DNA of 64,000 bases, from contig NC_086108.1 of NCBI RefSeq assembly GCF_963921235.1, positions 104,348,001-104,412,000 of the forward strand. The letters are read 5' to 3'. Positions within the stretch are counted from its first letter, which is position 1, and every line of letters starts with the position of its first letter. This stretch comes from Mobula hypostoma (taxonomy: Eukaryota). Both the position numbers and the translations under genes were made by a program. Shown here piece by piece: positions 1 to 12,067 of the stretch. The notes beneath the pieces were generated by a model. It was given only the letters and a program-made list of their open reading frames with translations. It did not search any database and was not told the origin of the DNA.

Positions 1-1338
1 GGATACTCTCCAGTGTGCAACAACAGAAGTGTGTTAGAGTTTTTGGTGACTTGGTGAATCTACACAAACTTCTAGTAGACGGACTGCTCTGGCTTTTTGT
101 AATGGGGCTTGCATGCCGGTACCAGGACAGATCCTCTGCTACGATAATGCTGAGGAATTTAAAGTTACTGACCTTCTCCACCTCTGACCCCCTAATGAGG
201 ACTAGGCATGTATCAACCTCCATCTTGGATCTTTGGCTGGCCAGAACTCTTTCAGTTCTGAGTGTTTACAAAGCTCCGAGCATGGAAACTTCCCAATTCC
301 TGCTCTTAGCGGCTAGATGCTTTAATGCAAGTAAGTGTAAAGTTTCAGTTATGAGGAGGGGTTGGATGGGCTGAGCTTGTTTTCTTTGTAGTGGATTTCT
401 GAACCCATAAATACCATCTCACTATTTCTCCTGGCACAATTTATTAGTTTTCATAACTTGTAGTAATTTGGAGGACTGCACTGAACTGCTGCTGCTGCAA
501 AACAACGAATTCCACGATATATGTCAGTAATAATGAATGTGATTCTTCCTCTGCCAGTACTCTTGGCAGTGTGTTCCGTCCACGTTGCCCCCCCAATACT
601 TCCCTTTAATCATCTTAAAATTATGTCTGCTCATAAAAGCTATTTCCACCCTGGAGTAAGTCTTAAGCTGTCCACTCAAAAAATGCCTCTTTTCTTGTTA
701 TATGTCACCTCTTATCCTCCCTTGCTCCGAAGAGGAAAAAGCTCCAGCTTGCTTAACATCTCCTCATAAGGCATGGTCTCTAATCCAAGTATTTTCCTGG
801 AAAATCTCCTCTGCATCCTCTCTAAAGCTTCCACATCCTTCCTATAAGGAAGCAACCAGAAATGAACACAATACTTCGTGGTCTAACAAGAGTGTTATAG
901 AGCTGCAATCTATCCTCTTTGCTTCATGACTCTTGAACCAAAGGGGTAACTTCACTAGCCCCACCATTAAAATGTTCCAATAACTTATGGACTCACTTTC
1001 AAGGAATCTTCATATCATGGTCTTGATATTGATTCCTTACTTAATATTGTTTATTTTTTAAAAACCTCTCATCCTCCTTTGTTCCAAAGAAAAAAGCCCT
1101 AGTTCACTCAACTATCTTCATGAGATATGCTTTCTAATCCGGGCAGTATCCTGGTAAATCTCCTCTGCATCCTTTCTAAAGCTTCCAGATCCTTCCTGTA
1201 AGGAGACGACTAGAACTGAACACAATATACCAATGAATAAATAATCATTAAAATAAATTGCTAATTGCCAGCACAGATCCTTGTGGTGTGAGACTAATAG
1301 CTTATGTTAACCTGAAAACAATTTTATTTTGAAACATT

Positions 1339-1862
1339 ACATAGAACATAAGAAATAGGAGCAGGAGTAGGCCATCTGGCCCATCGAACCTGCCCTGCCA
1401 TTCATTAAGATCATGGCTGATCTGTTTGTAAACTCAGCTCCATCTACCTGCCTTTTTCCCCAAAACCCTTAATTACCCTACTATGTAAAAATCTATCTCA
1501 CTGTATCTTAAATATATTTCGTGAAGAAGCCTCAACTACTTCCCTGGGTAGATAATTCCACAGATTCACCAGTCTCTGGGGAAAAATAGTTTCTCCCCAT
1601 CTCCGTCCTAAATCTTCTCCCCTGTATCTTGAGGCAATGTCCCCTAGTTCTAGTCTCACCTACCAATGGGAACAACTTTCCTATTTCTACCTTTCAAAAT
1701 TTTGTATGTTTCTATAAGATCCCCTCTCATTCTTCTGAATTCCAGAGAGTATAGTCCCAGGCGACTCAATCTCTCCTCATAGGTTAACCCCTTCATCCCT
1801 GGAATCAACCTGGTGAACCTCCTCTGCACTGCCTCCAAAGCCAGTCTATCCTTCCTCAAGTA
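1339..1862 (-). mobile_element. CR1 LINE 3' fragment
   Basis: LEAVQRRFTRLIPGMKGLTYEERLSRLGLYSLEFRRMRGDLIE plus CR1-type 3' UTR. Confidence 0.85.
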
Positions 1863-1961
1863 TTAGGGGAGTGTAAATTGTCTTGAGTAGGTCAGGCAGC
1901 ACCTGCGGGAAGAGAAACTGTTGATGTTTTAGGTCCATGACTCTTCATCACTGCTGTAAGC

Positions 1962-2480
1962 AGAATCAGGTAAAATATCACCAGCACGTGTCATGAAATT
2001 AGTTGACTTTGTGGCAGCAGTAAAATGCAACACATAATAATAGAGAAAAAACTGTTAATTACAATATTTATTTATAAAATTGTTAAATTTAATAGGTAGT
2101 GCAAAAATAGAAATAAAAAAAAAGTAGTGAAGTAGTGTTCATAGGTTCAATGTCATTTTAGAAATCGGCAGAGGGGAAGAAGCTGTTCCTAAATTGTTGA
2201 ATGTGTGCCTTCGGACTTCTGTACCTCCTCCCTGATGGTAGCAATGAGAACAAGGCATGACTGGGGTGATGGTGCTCCTTAATGATGGATGTCGCCTCTT
2301 TGAGGCATCGCTCCTTGAAGATGACCTGGATACTTGGGACGCTAGTGCCCATGATGGAGCTGACTAAATTTACGACTCTCTGCAGCTTATTTTGATCCTG
2401 TGCAGTGCCCCCTTCCCCATACCAGGCAGTGATGCAGCCAGTTAAAATGCTGACCACGATACATCCGTAGATTTCCAGCA
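1962..2480 (-). mobile_element. Rex1/Babar-type 3' fragment
   Basis: SILTGCITAWYG..HPSHALFSLLPSGRRYRS..FRNSFFP. Confidence 0.75.
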
Positions 2481-2694
2481 CCTGTTTTTTTTTTAATATT
2501 GCAGTCTGTTGTGGGTCCATACCTGATGGAGTTGAATATCTGGCAGGTTAACAACCCTTTCCCATCTGCCTATCACCTGGATCCACCTATTACCTGCCAG
2601 CTCTCGCTCTACCCTTTAATTCACTTTTTTTTTACAGAGAGAAATGTGGGTGCTGGTAGAGGAAGATAAAGCCTTTTAAGAGATGTTTAGATGG

Positions 2695-3067
2695 TGTGAC
2701 CAGGTGGAGATATGTCTGTACTCAGGAGGTGTAATGTGCTCTTTCCCTCCTCTAGCCTGCAGGTCACTGTTGGGCAAGGTGTAGCATCTACTTAGCCCTC
2801 CAATCAGGGTCATGTGAAGCCATGGCAACAGCTGGTGGAAGGTCGTACGAGCAGCTGGTGCATGTCACAAGTCCTGGTTATGCGACCACTGACACCAGGC
2901 AATCTCTGAAGAGTATTGACAATGGCTCGGGTTACCCATCTTGTAAAGACACTGCCCTGAAGAAGCAAATGACAAACCACTTCTTTAGAAAATTTGCCAA
3001 GAACAATAATGGCCATGGACCATGATCGGCCTCGTCATGTGACACGGCACATGATGATGATGATGAT
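2695..3067 (+). mobile_element. Short non-coding retroposon with RTE-like 3' end and (ATG)n tail
   Basis: GAAGAAGCAAATGACAAACCACTTC..GCCAAGAA resembles RTE/BovB-type 3' ends. Microsatellite tail. TTAGATGG duplicated at ~2687 and ~9324. Confidence 0.5.
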
Positions 3068-3070
3068 AGT

Positions 3071-3495
3071 TGTAGCCTGGGGAAACGTACACACCCAGGA
3101 CAACAAAGACTCTTTCGGGTTTTAATTCCTTTAACTGTTTTAGATGTTTAAGTACCAGAAGAGGGTGGCGAAACCAAACGAAAGAATTTACAATCAGTTC
3201 TTGCCGTCACAATCTCAGTTTAACTTTCGATCCACACCCTTGTGTGTGGACAGAATTACGTATGCAGTATAAAAGTACCAGAACTATACGGTAGTGGCAA
3301 TCTTTTCCTCACCATGCCCAGCCTCGGGCGGAACTCAATTCCAACGCCCCAAAGCGTCTTCAGCAGAAAGCAAGCTGGTCTTCCCACTATCCCGTCTCCC
3401 TTAAAGGCACAGACAGCTATTCTAGCATTACCCGGATGGCTGCCTAAGTACACTTTTAACGATAATGAATAAGATCCGACGGTCACCCGGTTACA
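3071..3495 (-). repeat. 3' LTR of the Gypsy element
   Basis: TGTAGCCTGG...CCCGGTTACA, direct repeat of 8355-9322. Polypurine tract (minus strand AAGGGAGGA, 3496-3504) abuts it. Confidence 0.9.
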
Positions 3496-3537
3496 TCCTC
3501 CCTTGCATTCGAGTAATCGTCCTCGATTACTCGCTCA

Positions 3538-6500
3538 CTACAAGGGTACTTTTAACCTCCTTAACTGCTTCTCTAAAGAGAACTGAACTGAGACTAGCCA
3601 GTCATGTCTCCGGTCCACCATCTGTTCTTGACCCAGCAGAGCATCCACGGGCAAGTGGGGATCCACCCCAAACAGCTGATAGTAAGGTGAATACCCGGTG
3701 GTTGCGTGAGGTGTCGCATTATACGCATACACCAACTCGGGTAGATATTCTGGCCATCTGCGCTGCTTTTCTGGAGGCAACGTACGCAACAAATCGCGCA
3801 TCGTCCTGTTGAAACGCTCACACTGCGCGTCTCCAGTAGGATGATGGGGTGGAGTACAGCTCTCCTTTACCCCGTATAGTTTGCAAAGCTCCGCTCTGAC
3901 CTCACTTTCGGAGTTACGGCCCTGGTCAGAATGCAATCTCTCAGGAACACCGTACTTCATGAACCATTCCCTCAAGAGCACCCTTGCTGTGGTATCCGCC
4001 TTTTGATCTCGAGTCGGAAATGCTTGGGTGAATTTAGTGAAAACGTCCGTGACCACTAAGACATTCTCATGCCCGTCACTTGCCGGCTCCAACACAGTGA
4101 AATCTACAGTTACAACTTCAAGCAGCCGGGAAACCAGAAATGACTTCATGGGGGGGACGGATCCTCGGCTGCGGCATCTTAGTTAGCACACAATGTGGAC
4201 AATTTTTGACCCACCGTGCCACATCCTCGTGTACGCCCACCCAAGAACATCGACTTCTCAACAACTGCAGAGTACATTCTATGCCTTGATGGCCCATAGA
4301 GTCATGTACATATAACACTTTGCTGCTCAAGCTGATAGGTACCAGAAGCTGGTAACACTCCCCAAGCTTCTCATCCTCAACTACCCTATACAGAAATCCT
4401 TTACGCTCCCTGATACCGTCCCAGTGCTTTAACAGAGACAAAACAGGTTTAGGCAGAGTTTTACGCTCCTGGCCACTCAGCTTTCTTTTCTGATCCCATA
4501 AGTCTCTCAGAACACCTAACACAGGGCCGTGCTGCTGAAAAGTACGCAAGTCCCTATTAGAATAACCTGGGAGGGTTGGAGTGTTCCCTTGCGTCGGACC
4601 ACTTACCTCACTAGTACCAGCTTCCCAGCCTCGAATTTGCTTAACTCTACAGCTGTTAAGACCAGTGGTAACCAGTGCCGGGTCAAGGGCAGTGCCGTGA
4701 TTGATCAAACTACAGATCGCCACAGCCCCATCAAACTCCACATCCTCCGAGACAGGCTCAGGCTCCCCTGCAAATGGCTGCCTAGGGAGTGCATCAGCCA
4801 CGGTATTGCTCCGACCCGGACGTCGAAGTCAAACACTGACAGCTGTGAGATCCATCTCTGCTCCACTGCTCCCAACTTGGCAGTTTTCAAGTGGGATAGA
4901 GGGTTATTGTCAGTGATTACAGTGAATTTGGAACCCAACAAGTATCCACGAAATTTCTCTACTACAGCCCACTTAAATGTAAGCAGCTCCAATTTCATGC
5001 TGCTGTAATTCCTATCATTCTTTTCGGTATTCTTTAATCGCCGGCATCCCTGACGAAGGGTCTCGGCCCGAAACGTCGACTGTACCTCTTCCTAGAGATG
5101 CTACCTGGCCTGCTGCGTTCACCAGCAACTTTGATGTGTGTTGCATATGCAATAACCCTCTTTGCCTCTCCCTGCTGTTGGTATAACACAGCTCCTAGCC
5201 CATGACTGCTGGCATCGGTCTCCACTATAAAGGGCTGGGAGAAATCGGCAAAGCCAAGGATGGGGGAACTGGTCAGTTTCTCTTCGAGAAAGTCAAAGGC
5301 AGTTTGACATTCTTCCGTCCAAGACTGTTGTTACAGCCGGTCTGTTTTACTTGGACTCCCTACATTAGTACACAAATTCACTACATCATGCAGTGGACCT
5401 GCAATCTTAGAGAATCCCTGAATGAACCGTCGATAATAACTGCAAAAGCCAAGAAACGATTTTAAGTCCTGAACTGTAGATGGTACCGGCCACCGCTGAA
5501 CAGCTGAGACCTCCTCAGGATCGGTGCCTACCCCGTTGGCTGATATCTGGTGTCCTAAGAACTTGACTTCTGACTGCAGAAAATGACACTTCTCAGACCA
5601 GTCTCCTGGAGGTGCTTAAACACAGTGTCGAGCCTCTCCAAGTGTTCCTGGAAAGTCTGTGAATACACCAGAATATCATCCGAGTACACAAGCATGATTT
5701 GGAAGACTAAGTCATTCATGGTTGCCTGCATGAGCCTTTGAAAAGTCGCCGGTCCATTGCAGACCCCAAACGGCATGCGAAGATATTCATACAGACCAAA
5801 CGGGGTCGAAAAATCAGTCTTATGTCTACCACGCTCCTCTGCCGCCATTTGGTGGTAACCACTCGCAAGGTCTATTGTCGAGAAAAATTGCGCGTCCTGC
5901 AGGGCATCAAAACTCTCATCAATACGCGGGAGCGGGAACGCGTCCTTTCTGGTCTTAAGATTCAGTCTCCGATAATATACACACAGTCTTATGCTACCAT
6001 CCGCCTTCCGGACCAACACCACAGGCGAGGCATACGCACTATTGCTCTCCTGAATCACGTCCTTCCTCAGTAACTTTGAGATGTGCTCTTTCACTTCATT
6101 GTACTGGTTCGGCGGAACGCGACGGTATGGCCGTGAAACAGGCTCGTCATCAATTAACCGAATTTCATGTTTCACCTTGTCAGTGTACCCAAGGTCTTCC
6201 TCTTCAACTGCAAAGATATCCAGGTACTTAACCAGTAAAGCTCTTCGCTGAGCTTGTTGTCCTTCACCACCCCCAGTGTCCAGCTTGTCTAGAATTGACT
6301 TTCACTTGTGATTACTACACTTCTCCCTTACGCCCACTCACGTGATCAATGCCGGCTGAGATCCACTGAAATCTTACTGCACATTGTGGATCACTATCCA
6401 CGCACTCCACCTTTGACAGGATCCCAGCCGGGTCCTAGGTGTGAGCCGTACATCCTCTCGAGAGAGATTTAAAATCTGTACTGGCACTATACGATTACCA

Positions 6501-7060
6501 GAGTCAATAAGCGTAGGAACGACTACAATACCTCCCAGTAAAGGGGCGTTAAATGGCTCAAGTAACATTTTATGGTCACTACTAGCATCGCCAGTGGCCT
6601 TACTAGCCGCAATGGTGACTACAGATCCAGCAGGTATTTGCTCAGTATCTTTTCCCAATACCTGGACTACTGCTTTCTTTTCGGTAGTGTGCACCTGCAC
6701 TTTCTGGAAAACATCTCTCCAATCAGAATCCAGCTTCCCTACTAGGGTTGTGTCAAACTCTGCGCAGACAAGTTGCCTACACTGGCGGATAATGTTCATG
6801 CCTACAATACATGGGATAGGTGGTTCAGTGCTCACAGGATCCCTGACTACTAGAAAACCACAATTTGGTATCTTCATGCCCATTGCTTGAACCTCTAGCT
6901 CTAGATACTCAAGGTAAGGAATATCAAGACCGTTTGCAACTGTTAGCCTAAGCCACCCAGCAGTGGACAACATATCCTCGTCCTCTCCATTCAAGTGTGC
7001 CCCAATGAACTGCTCGGTCAGGGCGCTTACCTGACTACCTGTATCTGTATCTGAGGTTCC
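3538..7060 (-). pseudogene. Gypsy pol (PR-RT-RH-IN), frameshifted
   Basis: ORF pieces 6374-7237, 5555-6175, 5034-5225, 4705-4998, 4118-4801 and 3538-4149 in canonical Ty3/Gypsy domain order. Confidence 0.9.
5049..5144 (+). mobile_element. ~95 bp Penelope-like terminal fragment inserted in the Gypsy RNase H region
   Basis: CTGACGAAGGGTCTCGGCCCGAAACGTCGAC...GATGTGTGTTGC interrupts the VIAYA|(S)RRLK motif. Confidence 0.85.
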
Positions 7061-8045
7061 GCCGAATTGCCCGACTCCCAACCTCTTGAGGGCAGGAGGA
7101 TGCAGACTCCACTTCCCTTGCACCCCGCTTCCGTGGGCAATTCTTGGCCAGATGCCCCCCCACCTGACACTTGAAACATATTGGTTGCCTATCTTCTGTG
7201 AATCTAGGCTGTAAATTACGTCTACTGCTAGTAGCACGTGTAAAATCCCTCTGTACAGTGAGATCTTTCACTGCTTGAGTTAATTCACAAAGGGCTTTGC
7301 CCTGCCCTGCGACCACTTTAAGGACGTCATCCAGTGTGACAGACTCAGATTCCCGAGCTTTAAGAATCGAGTACTGTGCCTGGCCACCGCTACACTTCGA
7401 CTTTCCAGACTTTGTATTTCCCAGGGGCTCTTCTGCGAGCCACAGACGAGCCTCCTCCCTCACTTCTATCATTGAGAACTCGGGGTGGTCCCGCACGAAT
7501 CTGTGGAGCTCCCTTCTGAGGGAAGGATCCCTGATCCCCTCTATAAATTGATCTCTTAGCACCACCCTCTTATCGATCATGGCATCAGGGGAGTGCTTCA
7601 GTATATAAGAGCTTGGACTAGGGCATATGAAAACTCTCTTCCATCTTCACCCTCGCGCTGTTTGCGACTGTAGAAGCCATGCCACAGCTGGGGTGCACTA
7701 TGCTTGTCGCTAAAAGCTTCCCTGAGACAGGTGAACAAGTCGTCTGCGCGGTCTTCCCCAGCATCACTGGCTGCACCCCTGAGCAGGGACATAACAAAGT
7801 CATACTGATCCTGGTCAGACTGATTTCTACTATTAAGTGCACGTTGTACTTCTTCAATAAAGTCATCAACAGACTTTCTCAACATCCCCCGTAAATGGAA
7901 CAATGTGTCTTTCCCTTGGGACATATACATAGGACCGTTTGCTTAATTTATCTATGGTTGCCATGGCTTCATCATATCTACTATGCAATTCCCTAATTTG
8001 TTCATTCAGATCAAGTTCAACTGGTGTGACCTCTGAGCGTGACAT
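7035..8045 (-). pseudogene. Gypsy gag, frameshifted
   Basis: ORF pieces 7598-7930 and 7035-7580: RKQREGE..EFSYAL, LRDQFIEGIRD, CCHC knuckle. Confidence 0.8.
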
Positions 8046-8330
8046 AGTAAAACCTCAAGTCTTTAAAGTTCACCCAACAAGCCTGTAAATGGAGCTGCTG
8101 CTGTCCTTTGCTGCAAACGCGATGGCTTCACGGCCCGCAGTTCCCGGGGTCGACGTCACCACTCTGTGTCCTGACGTCATCGCTGACGTCCCGGCTCGTT
8201 CACGAGGGTCTATCGCGCTCTCTCCCTTTCCGCCCGCCGGGAGTGCGGTCCTGTCTTCACCAGTTACCGTACTAGGGACTGTATATAACTGCATACAACA
8301 ATCAGAGACCCTCTCAACTGGCTTGGAATC

Positions 8331-8349
8331 AGCCCCATTCCTGGTACCA
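8331..8349 (-). promoter_or_regulatory. Primer binding site, tRNA-Leu(TAA)-like
   Basis: Minus strand TGGTACCAGGAATGGGGCT, 5 nt inside the 5' LTR. Near-complement of the vertebrate tRNA-Leu(TAA) 3' end as recalled (..CCCCACTCCTGGTACCA). Confidence 0.75.
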
Positions 8350-8537
8350 GATTTTGTAGCCTGGAGAAAAGTACACACTCAGGACAACAAAGACTTTTTC
8401 GGGTTTTAATTCCTTTATCTGTTTTAGATGTTTAAGTGCCAGAAGAGGGTCGCGAAACCAAATGAGCAAATTTACAGCAACACACATCAAAGTTGCTGGT
8501 GAATGCAGCAGGCCAGGCAGCATCTCTAGGAAGAGGT

Positions 8538-8577
8538 ACAGTCGACGTTTCAGGCCGAGACCCTTCGTCAGGACTAA
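8538..8577 (-). ncRNA. Minimal hammerhead ribozyme motif
   Basis: Reverse complement reads TAGTCCTGACGAAGGGTCTCGGCCTGAAACGTCGACTG. Confidence 0.75.
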
Positions 8578-8848
8578 CTGAAGGAAGAGTGAGTAAGGGA
8601 TTTGAAAGTGGGAGGGGGAGGGGGAGATCCAAAATGATAGGAGAAGACAGGAGGGGGAGGGATGGGGCTGAGTCAAAATGTGGTGGAAAAGTTGAAGAGC
8701 CGAACCCCCATCTGTAATTTCTTCGGCTGCCCAACTTTCCGACCACATTTTGACTCAGCCCCATCCCTCTCCCTCCTGTCTTCTCCTATCATTTTGGATC
8801 TCCCCCTCCCCCTCCCACTTTCAAATCTCTTACTAGCTCTTCCTTCAG

Positions 8849-8888
8849 TTAGTCCTGATGAAGGGTCTCGGCCCGAAACGTCGACTGT
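8849..8888 (+). ncRNA. Minimal type I hammerhead ribozyme motif (Penelope-associated)
   Basis: TAGTC-CTGATGA-A-GGGT(CTCG)GCCC-GAAAC-GTC-GACTG: stem I, core CUGAUGA, stem II, GAAA, palindromic ACGT stem III, GUC cleavage triplet. Confidence 0.8.
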
Positions 8889-9688
8889 ACCTCTTCCTAG
8901 AGATGCTGCCTGGCCTGCTGCGTTCACCAGCAACTCTTATGTGTGTTGCTTGAAATTCCAGCATCTGCAGATTTTCTCGTGTGAACGAATTTACAACCAG
9001 TTCTTGCCGTTACAATCTCATCTTAACTTTCGATCCACACCCTTGTGTATGGACAGAGTTGCGTATGCAGTATAAATATACCAGAACTAATACGGTGGTG
9101 GCAATCCTTTCCTCACCATGCCCAGCCTCGGGCGGAACTCAATTCCAACGCCCCAACGCATCTTCAGCAGAAAGCAAGCTGGTCTCCCCCACTATCCAGC
9201 GCGTGCGTAATGACATCACCATCTCCCGTAAAGGCACAGACAACTATTCCAGCAATACCTGGATGGCTGCCTAAGTACACTTTTAACGATACTGAATAAG
9301 ATCCGACGGTCACCCGGTTACAGTTAGATGGCACATGAATGTGAGGAGAATTGAAGGACATGGACATTGTGTAGGCAGAAGGGATTAATTTAGTTGGCCA
9401 GTTGATTAATACATAATTTAATTGGTTTTGGCACAACATTGTTGGCCGAAGGGCCTATTTCTGTGCTGTACTGTTCTGTTTTCTTTATACTGCCTATTGT
9501 TGCTATGTCTTTCAAAGTCAAAGTCGACTTTGTTGGCATCTGCACATGTCTATATATGCACTGGTGCAATGAGAAACATGTAAAACCATATAAGCGATGT
9601 TCACAAAAAAAAATCACAAAGGATACACAATTTTTCACAATAAGGAACAAAATTAGAACAAAGTGAAACAAAGTCTATCTTAGTGAAG

Positions 9689-9886
9689 CAACACACATCA
9701 AAGTTGCTGGTGAACGCAGCAGGCCAGGCAGCATCTATAGGAAGAGGCGCAGTCGACGTTTCAGGCCGAGACCCTTCGTCAGGACGTCGACTGCGCCTCT
9801 TCCTATAGATGCTGCCTGGCCTGCTGCGTTCACCAGCAACTTTGATGTGTGTTGCTTGAATTTCCAGCATCTGCAGAATTCCTGTT
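9689..9886. mobile_element. Minimal Penelope-like fold-back insertion
   Basis: Perfect ~72 bp inverted arms (~9687-9759 and ~9784-9856) plus tail. Perfect 16-bp TSD GTCTATCTTAGTGAAG (9673-9688 and 9887-9902). Confidence 0.92.
9749..9785 (-). ncRNA. Hammerhead core forming the loop of a fold-back
   Basis: Reverse complement reads GTCCTGACGAAGGGTCTCGGCCTGAAACGTCGACTGC. Confidence 0.65.
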
Positions 9887-12067
9887 GTCTATCTTAGTGA
9901 AGACTTATCAAAATGGTTATGGTGTTGCTAAATTTAGTGATTAGGGTTATGCCAATTGGTTTAAGAACCAAATGGTGAGGAGGAGTAGCCGTTCTTGAAC
10001 CTGGTGGTGTGGGACTCCTTGCCCGATGGTAGCTATAGGAAGGTGGCCTGGGTTGTGGGGATTTGTGATGCTAGATGTTGCCTTCTTGATGATGCTTCCA
10101 AAGGTGGGGTGGATGTGTCGGTATTGGTTTATTATTGTCATATGTACCACGAAACAGTGAAAAGCTTGTCTTTCTTGCAAACTGTTCTTACAGGCCAGAT
10201 CATTACACAGTGCATTGAGGCAGAACAATAACGATGCGGAATAAAGTGTAACAGCTACAGAAGAAGGGCAGAATAACACACACAAAATTCTGGAGGAAGT
10301 GGAGTGTAGGTTCAAAGTACATTTATTATCAAAGTATGTATAATTTATACAACTTTGAGATTCGTCTGCTTACAGGCAGCTACAAAACCTGAATGAACCC
10401 AATTTAAACAAAAAGACCACCACCCAATGTGCAGAGAGAGAGAAGAATAATAAAGTGCAAGATCATAACAAGGGAAGATTGTGAGGTCAAGAGTCCATCC
10501 TATCAAACAAAAGGTCCCTTCAGGAATTTGATAACAGTGGGGTAGAAGCTGTCCTTGAGCCTGGAGGTACATGCTTTTAGGCTTTTTTATCTTGTGCCTG
10601 ATTGGAGAGTTGAGATGAGAGAATGTCCGCGGTGGGTGGGGTCTTTGATTCTGTTGCCTGCTTTACTGAGGCAGTAGGAAGTGTAGAGAGAGTCCGCAGA
10701 GGGTAGGCTGGTTCCTGTGATGTGCTGAGCTGTGTATACGTCTCTCTGCAGTTTCTTGCAGTCACGTGCAGAGCAGTTGCTATACCAAGCTGTGCTGCAT
10801 TTAGATCGTGCTTGTGGTATATTGGGCAAGAGTCCAGATGAAGGGTCTTGACCTGAAATGTTGACTGTCTATTTCCCTTCACAGATGTTGTCTGAGCCGA
10901 CAAAAAGTAGCGGATACAGCCCGGCCCATCACAGGAAATGTCCTCCCCACCACTGAACACATCCATAAGGAGAACTGTCACAGGAAAGGATCATCAAAGA
11001 CCCCCACATCCAGGCCATGCTCTCTTCTCGCTGCTACCATTGAGAAGGAGATATAGGAGCCTTGGGCTCCACACCAGTAGGTTCAGGAATAGTTATTACC
11101 CCTCATCCGTCAGGCTCAAGTTCAAGTTTAAGTTTATTGTCATCTGACCAAATGAAACAACGTTCTTCTGTACCATGGTGCACCTATAATTAGTATATCA
11201 TTCACAGCACATAAGACAACAAATTAGCACAGATATGTTCATAAAATATAATTAAAAATGCATGTGAATTGGGAAGCACAGGTAAACAGTAAACAGCTCG
11301 CTGTCTTAGTGAAGAGACCTCGGTGGTGGCAGGGTATTCATTAGTCTCACAGCCTGAGGGAAGAAGCTGTTACTCAGTCTGGCAGTCCTAGTCCTGATGC
11401 TCCTGTACCTCCTTCCTGATGCGAGTGGGTCAGGGAGATTGGGATGGGTGGTAGGGAACTCCAGAAACAGCGTAGATAACTTCACTCATCCCAACACTGA
11501 ATTGATTTCACAACCTATGGGCTTTCAAGGGCTCTACAACACATGTTCTCAATATTACTTTTATTATTTTGTTTTTCTTTTTGTATTTACACAATTTGCC
11601 TTCTTTTGCACATTGGCTGTTTGTCTGTCGTTGTTTGTATACAATTCTTCATTGATTCTATTGTGCTCCCTTATATCTGCTTGAATGCCCACAAGAAAAT
11701 GCATCTCACAGTGTCAGAATCATATCACTGGCATTTGTTGTTTGTGGCAGGAGTACATTACAAGACATAATAATAAAGCTATAAATTAAATAAATAGTGC
11801 AAAAAAAAAAGAGAAAAATAGCAAGGTAGTGTACATGGGTTCATTTTGATAATAAATTTAATTTGAATTTTGAACATCTAATCTTTTGAGACTCCAGAGC
11901 TGGTGTGATGCTGAAGGTACCAACCAACGCTCTGAAACTGGTCATTATCCTCACCCTTCTCCAATGCCAGGCTTGCTAATACTGTGTCTCACTTTCAGAG
12001 CCCTGGGCTGGAAGAATGCTACAACATGGATTTTGGTGAACCATCCTCAATGGATCTCTTCTGAACG

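Larger units (their letters stand above)
8477..8982. mobile_element. Penelope-like fold-back insertion in the Gypsy 5' LTR
   Basis: Inverted arms 8477-8704 and 8722-8949 plus a ~30 nt tail. Degenerate target duplication GAGCAAATTTACA / GAACGAATTTACA. Absent from the other LTR. Confidence 0.9.
3071..9322 (-). mobile_element. Ty3/Gypsy LTR retrotransposon, decayed, both LTRs present
   Basis: TG..CA LTRs at 3071-3495 and 8355-9322. Minus-strand gag with CCHC knuckle (CFKCQVGGHLAKNC), protease (DTGSQVS), RT (YASPVVLVRK, MPFGV.NGPATFQ, YSDD), RNase H (TDAS, ELL, TDNNPL), integrase (HHCC; VDF, HSDQG, ERFNRT). Multiple frameshifts. Confidence 0.95.
8355..9322 (-). repeat. 5' LTR of the Gypsy element, interrupted by a Penelope fold-back insertion
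   Basis: Same termini as 3071-3495, with an extra ~500 bp at ~8477-8982. Confidence 0.9.

Noticed and set aside
3061..3070. Target-site duplication for the Gypsy element
   Set aside because: Left flank (..TAGT) and right flank (GTTA..) do not form a clean 4-5 bp duplication, so none is claimed.
8432..9075. Recurring small ORFs containing SPDEGSRPETST or MLVNAAGQAAS
   Set aside because: These are translations of the non-coding Penelope terminus and hammerhead on either strand, not a protein family.
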